Source of the DNA: Candidatus Nealsonbacteria bacterium
Lineage (GTDB): Bacteria > Patescibacteriota > Minisyncoccia > Minisyncoccales > JAGMDC01
NCBI GenBank assembly: GCA_030612885.1
Contig: JAUWMZ010000001.1
Coordinates: 68,032-132,031, forward strand
DNA length: 64,000 bases
Reading direction: 5' to 3'
The notes beneath the pieces were generated by a model. That model was not told the origin of the DNA. It searched no databases and saw only the letters and a program-made list of their open reading frames with translations. Numbering within the stretch: position 1 is the stretch's first letter; each line of letters opens with the position of its first letter. The position numbers and the translations under genes were made by a program. This document shows positions 26,948 through 36,023 of the stretch, in pieces.

Positions 26948-27682
26948 ATGTCAGGCCATTCCCATTTTTCAAGTATAAAACATAAAAAAGAGATTACTGA
27001 TGCCAAGCGGGGCAAGGTTTTTTCTAAATTAGCCCGGCAGATTTCTGTTGCTGTCAGAGAAAAAGGAAGCGACCCGGAAACCAATTCCGGTTTGCGTTTG
27101 GTTATTGAAAAAGCCAAGGAGTTTAATATGCCTAAGGACAATATAGAGAGAGCCATAAAAAGAGGAACAGGCGAATTAGCAGAAGAGAAGTTAGAGGAAG
27201 TAATTTATGAGGCATATGGTCCGGGTGGAATAGCTATTATTATTGAGGGAATTACTGACAATAAAAACAGGGCATTAGGAGAAATTAAGCAGATTTTAAG
27301 TCAGGCAGGAGGAAAGCTGGCTGACAGCGGCTCGGTAAAATGGATGTTTGAAAGAAAAGGAGCTATAATAATCATTTATCATTTATCATTGACCAATAAT
27401 CAGTCAAAAGAAGATTTAGAGATGAAAGCAATAGAAGCAGGCGCGGATGATATTTATTGGCATAATGATATATTAGATGTTTACACCAAACCCGAGAATT
27501 TGGAAAAGGTTAAGAAAAATTTGGAAAATCAAGGAATCAAGGTTGAGTCCGCCTCACTTGACTGGGTGGCAAAAGATGAAATTGAATTAGAAGAAAAAGA
27601 GAAAAAAGCAGCAGAAAGATTATTTGAATTATTGGACGAAAACGAAACAGTCCAAGAAATTTATTCTAATCTTAAAACATAA
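26948..27682 (+). CDS. yebC: YebC/PmpR-family transcriptional regulator
   Basis: The N-terminus reads MSGHSHFSSIKHKKEITDAKRGKVFSKLARQI, which is canonical for the family. The gene also contains an in-frame TGAT/TAAT repeat tract at 27366-27403. Confidence 0.9.
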   Translation: MSGHSHFSSIKHKKEITDAKRGKVFSKLARQISVAVREKGSDPETNSGLRLVIEKAKEFNMPKDNIERAIKRGTGELAEEKLEEVIYEAYGPGGIAIIIEGITDNKNRALGEIKQILSQAGGKLADSGSVKWMFERKGAIIIIYHLSLTNNQSKEDLEMKAIEAGADDIYWHNDILDVYTKPENLEKVKKNLENQGIKVESASLDWVAKDEIELEEKEKKAAERLFELLDENETVQEIYSNLKT

Positions 27683-27684
27683 AT

Positions 27685-28179
27685 ATGATTATTTTAGGCA
27701 TTGATCCGGGAACGGCCACAACTGGATATGGAATTATAAAAGCGAAAAATTTAAAGCAAAGAGCAAAAAATAATTTAAAATGCTTGAGCTATGGCTGTAT
27801 TAAAACCAGTCCGGAGTTTAGCGACGGCGAACGATTAAAAAAAATAAATTGGGAACTAAATAAAATAATTCGAGAATATAAGCCAAAAGTTTTAGCAGTG
27901 GAAAGCATCTTTTTCTTTAAAAACTTAAAAACTGCTATGCCGGTAAGCCAGGCAAAAGGAGTAATATTGTTTACGGCCGCCAAGAAAAAAATACCTGTTT
28001 ATGAGTTTACACCACTCCAAGTTAAAATGGCAATTACGGGCTATGGAAGGGCAGAGAAAAAAGAGATTCAGAAAGCGATAAAAAGCATTCTGAATTTAAA
28101 AGAAATACCAAAACCAGATGATGCGGCAGATGCTTTAGCCATAGCGGTTTATTATACAAATCTTGTAAAAACGAGTTAA
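27685..28179 (+). CDS. ruvC: Holliday junction resolvase RuvC
   Basis: The N-terminus is IILGIDPGTATTGYGII and a DAADALAIA motif lies near the C-terminus. Confidence 0.9.
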   Translation: MIILGIDPGTATTGYGIIKAKNLKQRAKNNLKCLSYGCIKTSPEFSDGERLKKINWELNKIIREYKPKVLAVESIFFFKNLKTAMPVSQAKGVILFTAAKKKIPVYEFTPLQVKMAITGYGRAEKKEIQKAIKSILNLKEIPKPDDAADALAIAVYYTNLVKTS

Positions 28180-28206
28180 TATTTAGAGGTCAAACCTCTA
28201 AATATT
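28178..28206. terminator. 13-bp stem hairpin overlapping the ruvC stop (possible terminator)
   Basis: AATATTTAGAGGT-CAA-ACCTCTAAATATT. The downstream T-run is weak. Confidence 0.4.
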
Positions 28207-28227
28207 GAAAAATTTTCACTACGGGGG

Positions 28228-28255
28228 TTGACAAAATTTCTAAAAAAAATATAAT
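28228..28255 (+). promoter_or_regulatory. consensus sigma70 promoter (TTGACA-N16-TATAAT)
   Basis: Exact hexamers at 28228-28233 and 28250-28255, about 100 nt upstream of the acidic-protein ORF. Confidence 0.65.
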
Positions 28256-28354
28256 AGTGATATAGATAGAAAAAGGTCGATGATAGTTAGAGTAGAAATT
28301 AAAAATCACTCTTTTTTTATTTAGTATAAAGAGAGTGATATTCTTTAAAAAATT

Positions 28355-28675
28355 ATGATTAACGAATTTATTAGTCAAGAAGAAGAAACTCCTAAAGAGG
28401 AAGAAAAAGAGGAAGAAAAAGAGGAAGAAAAAACTTCTTCTGAAGAAGTAACTAGTCAGGATACAGAAGAAGGAACTCCTGAAGAAGGCGCTACTGAAGG
28501 AGGAGAAGAAACTCCTAAAACTGAAGGAACTCCTGAAACTGGAGAAGGTGAAGAAGAGAAAGAAAAAGAAGGAGAAAAAGAAGGAGAAAAAGAAGGAGAA
28601 GAAAAAGAAGGAGAAAAAGAAGGAGAAGAGAAAGAAGAAGAGAAAGAAGAAGAGAAAGAAACTCCAGTTGTATAG
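28355..28675 (+). CDS. small, extremely acidic E/K/G/T-rich low-complexity protein
   Basis: 106-aa ORF bracketed by a consensus promoter and a good terminator. The opposite-strand F/S-rich ORFs are judged to be shadows. Confidence 0.55.
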   Translation: MINEFISQEEETPKEEEKEEEKEEEKTSSEEVTSQDTEEGTPEEGATEGGEETPKTEGTPETGEGEEEKEKEGEKEGEKEGEEKEGEKEGEEKEEEKEEEKETPVV

Positions 28676-28678
28676 TTT

Positions 28679-28707
28679 AAAAACTCCCACCTATGGCGGG
28701 AGTTTTT
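28679..28707. terminator. bidirectional intrinsic terminator
   Basis: ACTCCCACC-TAT-GGCGGGAGT hairpin with one mismatch, flanked by an A-run and a T-run. Confidence 0.7.
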
Positions 28708-28759
28708 AAACACGGGTTTGTGCTTAGCTAAGCTAAGCACAACTAAAAGCTAAGCACAA

Positions 28760-29974
28760 CTAAATAATTTTAACAAACTTTCTTTTGCCTGCCTGGATTA
28801 TCGTTCCTTTTTTTACTTTAATATCTTTCTGCCAGTCATTCTGAATTTCATTATCAATTTTCACTCCTTTTTGCAAAACCAATCTTTTAGCTTCTGATTT
28901 TGAGGAAGCTATTTTTGTTTTTACCAGTAAATCTAAAATATTATAAACCCCTGGTTTTAATTTGAAACCGGGTATTTTAGAAGGCAGTTTCTTTTCTTTA
29001 AAAATTCTATTAAATTCTTTTTCTGCTTTTTCTGCCACACTTTTATTGTGATACATAGTCACAATTTCTTTCGCTAAAATAGATTTTGCCTTTTTAGGGT
29101 TAAGTTTTTTGGATTTTATATCTTGCGCAATTTGTTTGATTTTGTTTAGGGGAATTTCTGTCCAATGGGTAAAACAAGAAGCAATAACTTCATCAGGCAA
29201 AGCCATTATTCTACCGTACATATTATTTGGTTTTTCGTCCAAGCTAATATAGTTTCCTTCGCTTTTTGACATTAACATTTTTTTTGTTTTTGGGTCTTCT
29301 AAGATTTCTTTTGCTATAACAAATTTTTGTTTCTTTTTGTAAATTTTCATCAAATCTCTTCCTACCAACATATTGAAAATTTGGTCACTCCCCCCTAATT
29401 CAATATCAGTGTCTAACTTTACGGAATCGTATCCTTGCAATAACGGGTATAAAAATTCATGGAAAAAAATTTCTTTTCCCATTTTCTTTCTTTTTCTGAA
29501 TATGTCCCTTGCCATTATCTTTTGGATGGTTATTTTACTCATTAAATCCATTATTTCTTCCAGTTTCATCTTTCCAAACCATTGACTATTGAAAGCAATC
29601 TTTACTGAATTTTTTTTAGAATTAAAATCTAAAATTTTCGCTGCCTGCCTTTGATAATTTTTGTAATTTTCCAAAATTTGTTTTTTAGAAAGTTGTTTGC
29701 GCACGGAAAGCTTTCCTGTTGGGTCTCCTATTCTCGCTGTGAAATCCCCAAATAATAAAGTAACTTGATGCCCTAATTTTTGAAACCGTTTTAGGATTAA
29801 TAAATTAGTTCCGTGGTCAAGATGTAAATTAGGCGCAGTAGGGTCAATGCCGAAATAAATTTTTAATTGTTTGTTGGATTTCAAAATTTCTTCCATTTTT
29901 CCTTTGGAAGGATAAATTTTTTTAATCGCTCTTGTTAAAACCTCTTCAATTTTTTTTGGATTGGTATCTATCAT
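28760..29974 (-). CDS. tyrS: tyrosyl-tRNA synthetase
   Basis: Class I motifs (PTAPNLHLDHG, KMLMSKSEGN as the KMSKS-like motif) and a C-terminal S4 domain (EAKRLVLQKGVKIDNE). Confidence 0.9.
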   Translation of the reverse strand: MIDTNPKKIEEVLTRAIKKIYPSKGKMEEILKSNKQLKIYFGIDPTAPNLHLDHGTNLLILKRFQKLGHQVTLLFGDFTARIGDPTGKLSVRKQLSKKQILENYKNYQRQAAKILDFNSKKNSVKIAFNSQWFGKMKLEEIMDLMSKITIQKIMARDIFRKRKKMGKEIFFHEFLYPLLQGYDSVKLDTDIELGGSDQIFNMLVGRDLMKIYKKKQKFVIAKEILEDPKTKKMLMSKSEGNYISLDEKPNNMYGRIMALPDEVIASCFTHWTEIPLNKIKQIAQDIKSKKLNPKKAKSILAKEIVTMYHNKSVAEKAEKEFNRIFKEKKLPSKIPGFKLKPGVYNILDLLVKTKIASSKSEAKRLVLQKGVKIDNEIQNDWQKDIKVKKGTIIQAGKRKFVKII

Positions 29975-30647
29975 AATTTTGAGGGACAGGGGAGGGACAG
30001 TCCCTCCCCTGTCCCTCTACGATATTTAGATGACGTGTCTTAAGAAAATATCCAGAAACGAGAAGGTCTTTGGCTAATTTCCGATATTCTTGTCTGGCTT
30101 TTTTAATATTATTAGAGACAAGAGATAAAATAAATTTATCCTGGGTAATTCCATCCTCTCTTAATCCAAGATGAACAGGATAACTATTCCAGGGGTCTCT
30201 CTCGGCTTCCTCTAAAAGTTTTGTCAAAATGCTTTTTGAAATATTTTGGTTATTAATACGCTGAAGTTTTTCCAGAACTTTATTTAGATTAATATAAATG
30301 GAAGTGGGTAAAAGAGCATTTTCTCCAAGTTGTTCTGCTTTAAATCTATCTTGGAACAAATGCCCTACCCGAGAATACTTTTTATTTATATGGAGACCAA
30401 AACTAGTATGGAGACTACCAATAAATTTACTAGGAGGAACTTCAGAAGTTTGTTCAATTAAATAATGAACATGGTTAGGAAGTAAATTATAGGCATGAAT
30501 GTTCACTGGATATTTTTTAAGAAATTCTTTAATTTTATAAAGATAAAATATAAAATCTTCTTTCCTGTGAAAGATATTTTCTTTAGCAACTCCTCTACTA
30601 AAAATATGCCAAAAACTTCCTTTATAAAATTTTCGTAGTTGTCTCAT
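29946..30647 (-). CDS. Y1 HUH transposase-like protein (IS200/RAYT family)
   Basis: FWHIFSRG, HUH motif LLPNHVHYLI, GHLFQDRFKAE and a Tyr-region (SIYINLNKV). I prefer the ATG at 30647 over the tracked 30725. The C-terminal residues are read through the REP palindrome and overlap the tyrS start. Confidence 0.75.
   Translation of the reverse strand: MRQLRKFYKGSFWHIFSRGVAKENIFHRKEDFIFYLYKIKEFLKKYPVNIHAYNLLPNHVHYLIEQTSEVPPSKFIGSLHTSFGLHINKKYSRVGHLFQDRFKAEQLGENALLPTSIYINLNKVLEKLQRINNQNISKSILTKLLEEAERDPWNSYPVHLGLREDGITQDKFILSLVSNNIKKARQEYRKLAKDLLVSGYFLKTRHLNIVEGQGRDCPSPVPQNYDRYQSKKN
29982..30016. repeat. REP-like GC-rich palindrome copy 2
   Basis: Same 35-nt core as 86-120. Lies 8 nt upstream of the tyrS start codon and inside the 3' end of the transposase-like ORF. 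Confidence 0.85.
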
Positions 30648-30726
30648 ATATAGAAAAAGATTTATGAACTGTCCTTTTCTTATCCCTTCTTTATTTATAA
30701 TAGCAAAATTATTAGAATTTGCCAAA

Positions 30727-30773
30727 CAAACAAGGGACAGGGGAGGGACAGTCCCTCCCCTGTCCCTTGTTTG
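30727..30773. repeat. REP-like GC-rich palindrome copy 3 (extended 23-bp arms)
   Basis: CAAACAAGGGACAGGGGAGGGAC-A-GTCCCTCCCCTGTCCCTTGTTTG, immediately upstream of the transposase-like gene. Confidence 0.85.
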
Positions 30774-30805
30774 CCAAATCAGGCAAAATCAATTAAAGTA
30801 AATAT

Positions 30806-32770
30806 ATGGTTAAAAGAGTTTATCATCGGAAAATTTTGGGAGAGACAAAAAGGATGAAGAGAATTAAAACAGTTTTAAAATTGTTTGTTTTTGCTTTTAT
30901 TTTTTTTGTGTTTTTTTGTTCGTTATTGTTTTTCTATTATGCTAAAGACCTGCCCAGACCGGAAAAATTTATGGAAAAACAGTTTATTGAATCAACAAAA
31001 ATCTATGACCGAACCGGCGAGGTTCTTTTATATAATATTTATGGGGAAGAAAAGAGAACTATAGTGTCTATAGAAAAAGTGCCAGAACAATTAATCCAAG
31101 CCGTCATCACAGCCGAAGACAGAAGCTTTTACAAGCATCACGGCATTGATTACAAAGGAGTTATGCGGGCAATATTAGTAAACTTTAAATTAAAAAAGCC
31201 GGCCCAGGGCGGCTCCACTATTACCCAGCAGTTGATCAGGTCCAGTTTTTTAACTCTCAGTAAAACTGCTGAAAGGAAAATAAGAGAGATTATTTTAACC
31301 ATAGAATTAGAAAGAAAATATACTAAGGACCAGATAATGGAATGGTATTTAAACCAAATCCCTTTTGGCTCTAATGCTTACGGCGTAGAAGCAGCCAGCC
31401 AGACCTATTTTAAAAAATCTGTTCAGGACTTGTCCTTGGAAGAATCAGCTATTCTTGCTTCTCTTATTTGCGGGCCGAGCCGTCTCTCTCCTTATGGCCA
31501 GAATAAAGACAGGTTGTTGGGAAGAAAAGATTATGTTTTAGAGGGAATGGCAGATGAGGGATATATATCAAAAGAAGAAGCAGAAGAGTCAAAGAAAATA
31601 GAAATATCCTTTGCCCCTAAACTTGTGGAAATTAAAGCTCCTCATTTTACTCTTTATGTTAAAAGCCAGTTAGAAAGAAAATATGGAGAAAAATATGGAA
31701 AAGAATTTTTAAAAGAAAACGGATTAAAGGTGTACACTTCTTTGGACTGGGAGCTTCAGCAATTAGCAGAAAAAGCAGTGGAAGAAAGAGCAAAAATTAA
31801 TGAAGGCTATCGGGCCTATAATGCTTCCTTGGTTGCTTTAAATCCGAAAAACGGCGAGGTTTTAGCAATGGTCGGCTCAAAAGATTATTTTGGTGAGTCA
31901 TATCCTGAAGGATGTAATCCGGAAAAGGACTGTCTGTTTACACCCAAATTGAATATTCCCATTTACGGCATTGGCAGGCAGCCTGGCTCTGCTTTCAAAC
32001 CATTTGTTTATGTTACTGTCTTTCAAAACGGCTATGACGATAAAACTATTGTTGTAGACGAACAAACAAACTTTGGTCTTTGGGGAGATGAAGAATATAT
32101 TCCTCAAAACTATGACGGAAAATTCAGGGGAGAAGTAACTTTAAGAGAGGCACTGGCGCAATCAATTAATGTGCCGGCAGTAAAAGTATTAGTGAATTTT
32201 TGCGGCTCTACGGTGCAGGAAAGTATTGAAAATAGTGTTCAGACCGCTCAAAAATTAGGCATTACTACCTTAAGGCCTTCTTATGGACCAGCTATTGTTT
32301 TAGGTGGCTGGGAAGTAAAATTACTGGAAATGACTTCTGCTTACGGTGTTTTTGCTACCGAGGGATTAAAGGTGCCGCCAGTGACTATTTTAAGAATTGA
32401 AGATGCTGATGGAAAAATAATTAAGGAAAACAAAAAAACTGCCCAAAGGGTTTTAGGTATTCAAGAAACCCGCCTGCTCAACGACATTCTTTCAGATAAT
32501 GAAGCCAGAGCGCCGCTGTTCGGTTTTAACTCCTCTTTATATATTAAGGGGTATGATACAGCAGTAAAAACAGGAACTACCGAAGAGTATAGAGATGCCT
32601 GGACTATTGGATACAGCCCTTCTCTGGTCTGCGGTGTCTGGGCGGGAAATAATGACAATTCTTCAACAAATAAAAAACCAGGGGTAACCCTGGCAGCTCC
32701 TATTTGGAAAGCATTTATGTTAGAAGCGCTTCAAAAATTCCCAAAACAAGATTTTCCGGCTAGTGATTAG
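30806..32770 (+). CDS. bifunctional penicillin-binding protein 1A (glycosyltransferase + transpeptidase)
   Basis: GT51 motifs are EDRSFYKHHGID and GGSTITQQL. Transpeptidase motifs are SAFKPF and KTGTT. Confidence 0.9.
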   Translation: MVKRVYHRKILGETKRMKRIKTVLKLFVFAFIFFVFFCSLLFFYYAKDLPRPEKFMEKQFIESTKIYDRTGEVLLYNIYGEEKRTIVSIEKVPEQLIQAVITAEDRSFYKHHGIDYKGVMRAILVNFKLKKPAQGGSTITQQLIRSSFLTLSKTAERKIREIILTIELERKYTKDQIMEWYLNQIPFGSNAYGVEAASQTYFKKSVQDLSLEESAILASLICGPSRLSPYGQNKDRLLGRKDYVLEGMADEGYISKEEAEESKKIEISFAPKLVEIKAPHFTLYVKSQLERKYGEKYGKEFLKENGLKVYTSLDWELQQLAEKAVEERAKINEGYRAYNASLVALNPKNGEVLAMVGSKDYFGESYPEGCNPEKDCLFTPKLNIPIYGIGRQPGSAFKPFVYVTVFQNGYDDKTIVVDEQTNFGLWGDEEYIPQNYDGKFRGEVTLREALAQSINVPAVKVLVNFCGSTVQESIENSVQTAQKLGITTLRPSYGPAIVLGGWEVKLLEMTSAYGVFATEGLKVPPVTILRIEDADGKIIKENKKTAQRVLGIQETRLLNDILSDNEARAPLFGFNSSLYIKGYDTAVKTGTTEEYRDAWTIGYSPSLVCGVWAGNNDNSSTNKKPGVTLAAPIWKAFMLEALQKFPKQDFPASD

Positions 32771-32823
32771 TGGTCATTAATCATTAATCATTAATCACTG
32801 ATTATTGATCAGTTATCATTGAT
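32771..32823. repeat. intergenic TAATCATTAATCA-family tract
   Basis: Sequence tggtcattaatcattaatcattaatcactgattattgatcagttatcattgat, between the convergent PBP and dnaN genes. Confidence 0.8.
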
Positions 32824-33993
32824 TTAGGTTGATTTAATCGGCATTATAACATAAAGATAGGTTGCGTCTCCTACTGGTTTTAAAACCGATGGTCCTTCTT
32901 CTCCGTTCATTTCAAAAATCACTTCAGAACTTTTTATATTAGCCAGTCCTTCGATTAAAAACCTCCAATTAAAAGAAACTTTTATTTCTTTGCCAGTGAT
33001 TTTGGAAAAAAGAGAAGATTTATTTTCTCCCAGTTCCGAACTTTGAGAGAAAATTTCTACCTCTTTTTTGGAAGGCACGGCTTTTAATCTGATTTCATTT
33101 GTCTTGCCGCTGAAAAGAGAAGCGGTTTTTATTTTATTCAGAAATTCGTTTCTATTTAAAATAAGCTGGGTTTCGTATTTTTTAGGGATAATTTCTTGAT
33201 AATCAGGATATTCTCCTTCAATTAAGCGAGACATAAGCTGAATTTGGGGTTTAGAAATTTCTGGAAACAATATCTCAAACAAAACTTGATTAGAGGAGAA
33301 ATAAATCCTGATTTTTTTGGAATCTATTTTTTTCGTCCCCTCACCCTCTTTTTCAGAAAAGATATTAAGAAGCTCCCTGCTCGCTTTTAATGGAAGAATA
33401 AAAGAATATCCTTTTTCTGAAATCAAATCACTATTGAGTTTATTTTCAAAATATAATGTTTTTTCTGCTAATCTAAAACTGTCAGTGGCGGTTATTTTTA
33501 ATTGCTCTTTCTGAAAATTAAAATATATTCCGGATAATTCTACTCTTGTCTGGTTAGGGGTGGTAAAGTTAATTACCTGGGAAATTCCTTCGTAGAAAGG
33601 AGCTGTTTTTATTTCTAAATAGTCATTAGTTTCAATTTTAGGAATAATAGGAAATTCTTCAGGGTCTTGCCCTTTAATTTGGGCTTTTTGATTTTTACAA
33701 TCAATATGGAGAACATTATTTTTAACTTCTAAATTTATTTTTTCTTCAGGTAGAAAATTAATAAAATCAGATAAAAGTTTGGCTGGTATGGCTATTTTTC
33801 CTGGTTTTTCTATTTTAGATAAAGCCCAGTATTTTATAGCTATTTCAAGGTCGGTAGTGATAAGATTTAAAAGATTATTATCTGTAGAAATTAAAACATT
33901 ATTTAAAATAGGAAGGGTAAGATTTTTGGTTGTTATTTTTTCTGTAATGTCTAATCCTTTTTTTAAATTTTCTTTTAGAATTATTATTTTCAT
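32824..33993 (-). CDS. dnaN: DNA polymerase III beta sliding clamp
   Basis: 389 aa with a three-domain clamp pattern (MKIIILKENLKKGL..., LKPVGD near the C-terminus), immediately downstream of dnaA. Confidence 0.9.
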   Translation of the reverse strand: MKIIILKENLKKGLDITEKITTKNLTLPILNNVLISTDNNLLNLITTDLEIAIKYWALSKIEKPGKIAIPAKLLSDFINFLPEEKINLEVKNNVLHIDCKNQKAQIKGQDPEEFPIIPKIETNDYLEIKTAPFYEGISQVINFTTPNQTRVELSGIYFNFQKEQLKITATDSFRLAEKTLYFENKLNSDLISEKGYSFILPLKASRELLNIFSEKEGEGTKKIDSKKIRIYFSSNQVLFEILFPEISKPQIQLMSRLIEGEYPDYQEIIPKKYETQLILNRNEFLNKIKTASLFSGKTNEIRLKAVPSKKEVEIFSQSSELGENKSSLFSKITGKEIKVSFNWRFLIEGLANIKSSEVIFEMNGEEGPSVLKPVGDATYLYVIMPIKST

Positions 33994-34227
33994 ATTTTTA
34001 TTTTAATTAGTAATAGTATATTACTATTACTAATTATTAATTAAATAAAATTTGTTGTTATTAGAGCTGTGTATTTCTTTTATTTTTACTTAATTTACTT
34101 ATAAATTTAGATGTGAATAAAATGTTGATAAAGAATAGCCTTTATTGTTTTGTTTTTTAACGCTTATTTTAATTCCTTTATTTCCATTTCTATTCCCTTG
34201 TTTTTCCTCTGTTTTTCCCCTGTATTT

Positions 34228-35586
34228 TTAAACAGAGTATATCCTTTGCTTTATTAAATTAACCTCTTCAAAAAGCCTTTCATTTTCTTTGATTTCTCTG
34301 GATATTTTTTCAAAAGCATGGATAGCTGTGGTATGGTCTTTTCCGCCGAACTTCCGGCCGATAAAAGGGAAAGAAGAATTTAAAGATTCTCTTAAAATAT
34401 ACATTGCTATCTGTCGCGGGAAGACAATTTCTTTTTTTCTTGAAGCGGCAATAAGGTCTTTTTCTTTCAAATCATAGAATTCAGCCACTGTTTGAATAAT
34501 TTTTTTAGGACTAACCATTCTTGTCGGAGCGGAAATTATGTTTTTTAAAAGTGTCTTAGCTATTTGGCAATCGGGAATTTGATTATTTAGTTTTTGATAA
34601 GCGATTAATCTGTTCAAGGCGCCCTCTAATTCCCTAACATTTTCTTTAATATTGGAACTAATATATTCTAAAACATCATCAGAAAGATTTATTCCTTTTT
34701 CCTGGGATTTAACTTTTAAAATAGCCATTCTTGTTTCATAGTCAGGAAAACCAATATCAGCAATCATTCCTCCTTCAAATCGGGAGCGCAACCGTTCCTC
34801 TAAGCTGGAGATGGCTTTTGGGGGACGGTCTGAAGAAAGGATTATCTGCCTGTTTCTTTCATATAAGGTATTGAAAATATGGAAAAATTCCTCTTGGGTT
34901 TTTTCTTTGCCGGCTAAAAACTGAATATCATCAATAATTAAGACATCAATTTTTCGGTGGTTATTTTTAAACTCCTCAATGCTGTGATTTTTAATTGAAG
35001 AAACAACACCAGAAATAAATTTTTCACAGGTAATATACCTTGTTTTCTTGTCTGGAAAATTTTTAATTGTTTTGTTGCCAATAGCTTGGATGAGATGAGT
35101 TTTGCCTAAACCTACTCCGCCGTAAACAAATAAAGGATTATAAATTGAGCCGGGATTTTTAGAGATAGCCCAAGCCGCAGCATGTGGAAGTTCGTTGTAG
35201 GGTCCCACTACAAAGTTTTCAAACGAATAACGAGGGTTTAGATTAGTGACTTTATCGGCTTTAAATTCTTCAAATTGGAGCTGTTCTTCGTCTGTGTAGT
35301 GGTTTGTAATTCGGGAGCGCTCTTTTTTCACTTCCAGTCCGGTCCTGGGTACTTCATATTTTATTTCTTTAACATTTTCATTTAAGCTGTGGGCAATTTT
35401 TAAAATGGTTTTATTGTATTTATTTTCTAACCATTCTTTAGAGAAATGATTAGGGACTGAAATCACGATTTTTCCTTCTTGTTTTAAAAGGATTTTAGTG
35501 TTTTTAAACCAGGTCGCAAAATTGGCCGGAGAGGTATTGAATTGAATTTGGGCAAGTATTGCTTGCCAGAGTTCTTCCTTGGTCAT
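34228..35586 (-). CDS. dnaA: chromosomal replication initiator DnaA
   Basis: GGVGLGKTHL Walker A, LIIDDIQF, and a C-terminal DNA-binding helix (GGKDHTTAIHA). The start is taken at the ATG at 35586; the tracked start 35619 reads through a repeat tract. Confidence 0.95.
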   Translation of the reverse strand: MTKEELWQAILAQIQFNTSPANFATWFKNTKILLKQEGKIVISVPNHFSKEWLENKYNKTILKIAHSLNENVKEIKYEVPRTGLEVKKERSRITNHYTDEEQLQFEEFKADKVTNLNPRYSFENFVVGPYNELPHAAAWAISKNPGSIYNPLFVYGGVGLGKTHLIQAIGNKTIKNFPDKKTRYITCEKFISGVVSSIKNHSIEEFKNNHRKIDVLIIDDIQFLAGKEKTQEEFFHIFNTLYERNRQIILSSDRPPKAISSLEERLRSRFEGGMIADIGFPDYETRMAILKVKSQEKGINLSDDVLEYISSNIKENVRELEGALNRLIAYQKLNNQIPDCQIAKTLLKNIISAPTRMVSPKKIIQTVAEFYDLKEKDLIAASRKKEIVFPRQIAMYILRESLNSSFPFIGRKFGGKDHTTAIHAFEKISREIKENERLFEEVNLIKQRIYSV

Positions 35587-35886
35587 ATCACCACTAATGA
35601 TACCACGAATTAGAATCACTAATATTCACTAATAGTTTATTTGTGATTGTCTTATTCGTGAGAATTAGTGATTAAAATTAGTGTTTTATTAGTGGTTTCA
35701 TCATATCACATTGTCAAAGAAAAATAAAATGAATGTAAAAACAAAACAATGTTTAATATCTGTTGATAAACTGGGGAAAAAATGTGCAATAGTTTGATAA
35801 TTAATAATCAATGATCAATAATAAATACATTGTTTTTTTTATTAAAATATGATAATGTTAAAATATTGAAATATTAAAATATTAAT

Positions 35887-36021
35887 ATGAGCATTACTTA
35901 TCAACCTAAAAAAAGAAAAAGAAAAAAAACCCATGGGTTTTTAATTAGAAAAAGAACAAAAGGAGGAAGAAGAGTTTTAGCGCAGAGGAGAAGAAAAGGA
36001 AGAAAGAAACTAACGGTATAA
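35887..36021 (+). CDS. rpmH: 50S ribosomal protein L34
   Basis: Hand-translated 44 aa: [44 protein letters not shown]. Absent from the ORF track because it is under 60 aa. Confidence 0.85.
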   Translation: MSITYQPKKRKRKKTHGFLIRKRTKGGRRVLAQRRRKGRKKLTV

Positions 36022-36023
36022 TT

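Noticed and set aside
28190-28740. F/S-rich ORFs 28190..28690 and 28456..28740 on the minus strand
   Set aside because: These are mirror images of the GAA/GAG-rich plus-strand ORF. The promoter and terminator signals fit the plus strand.
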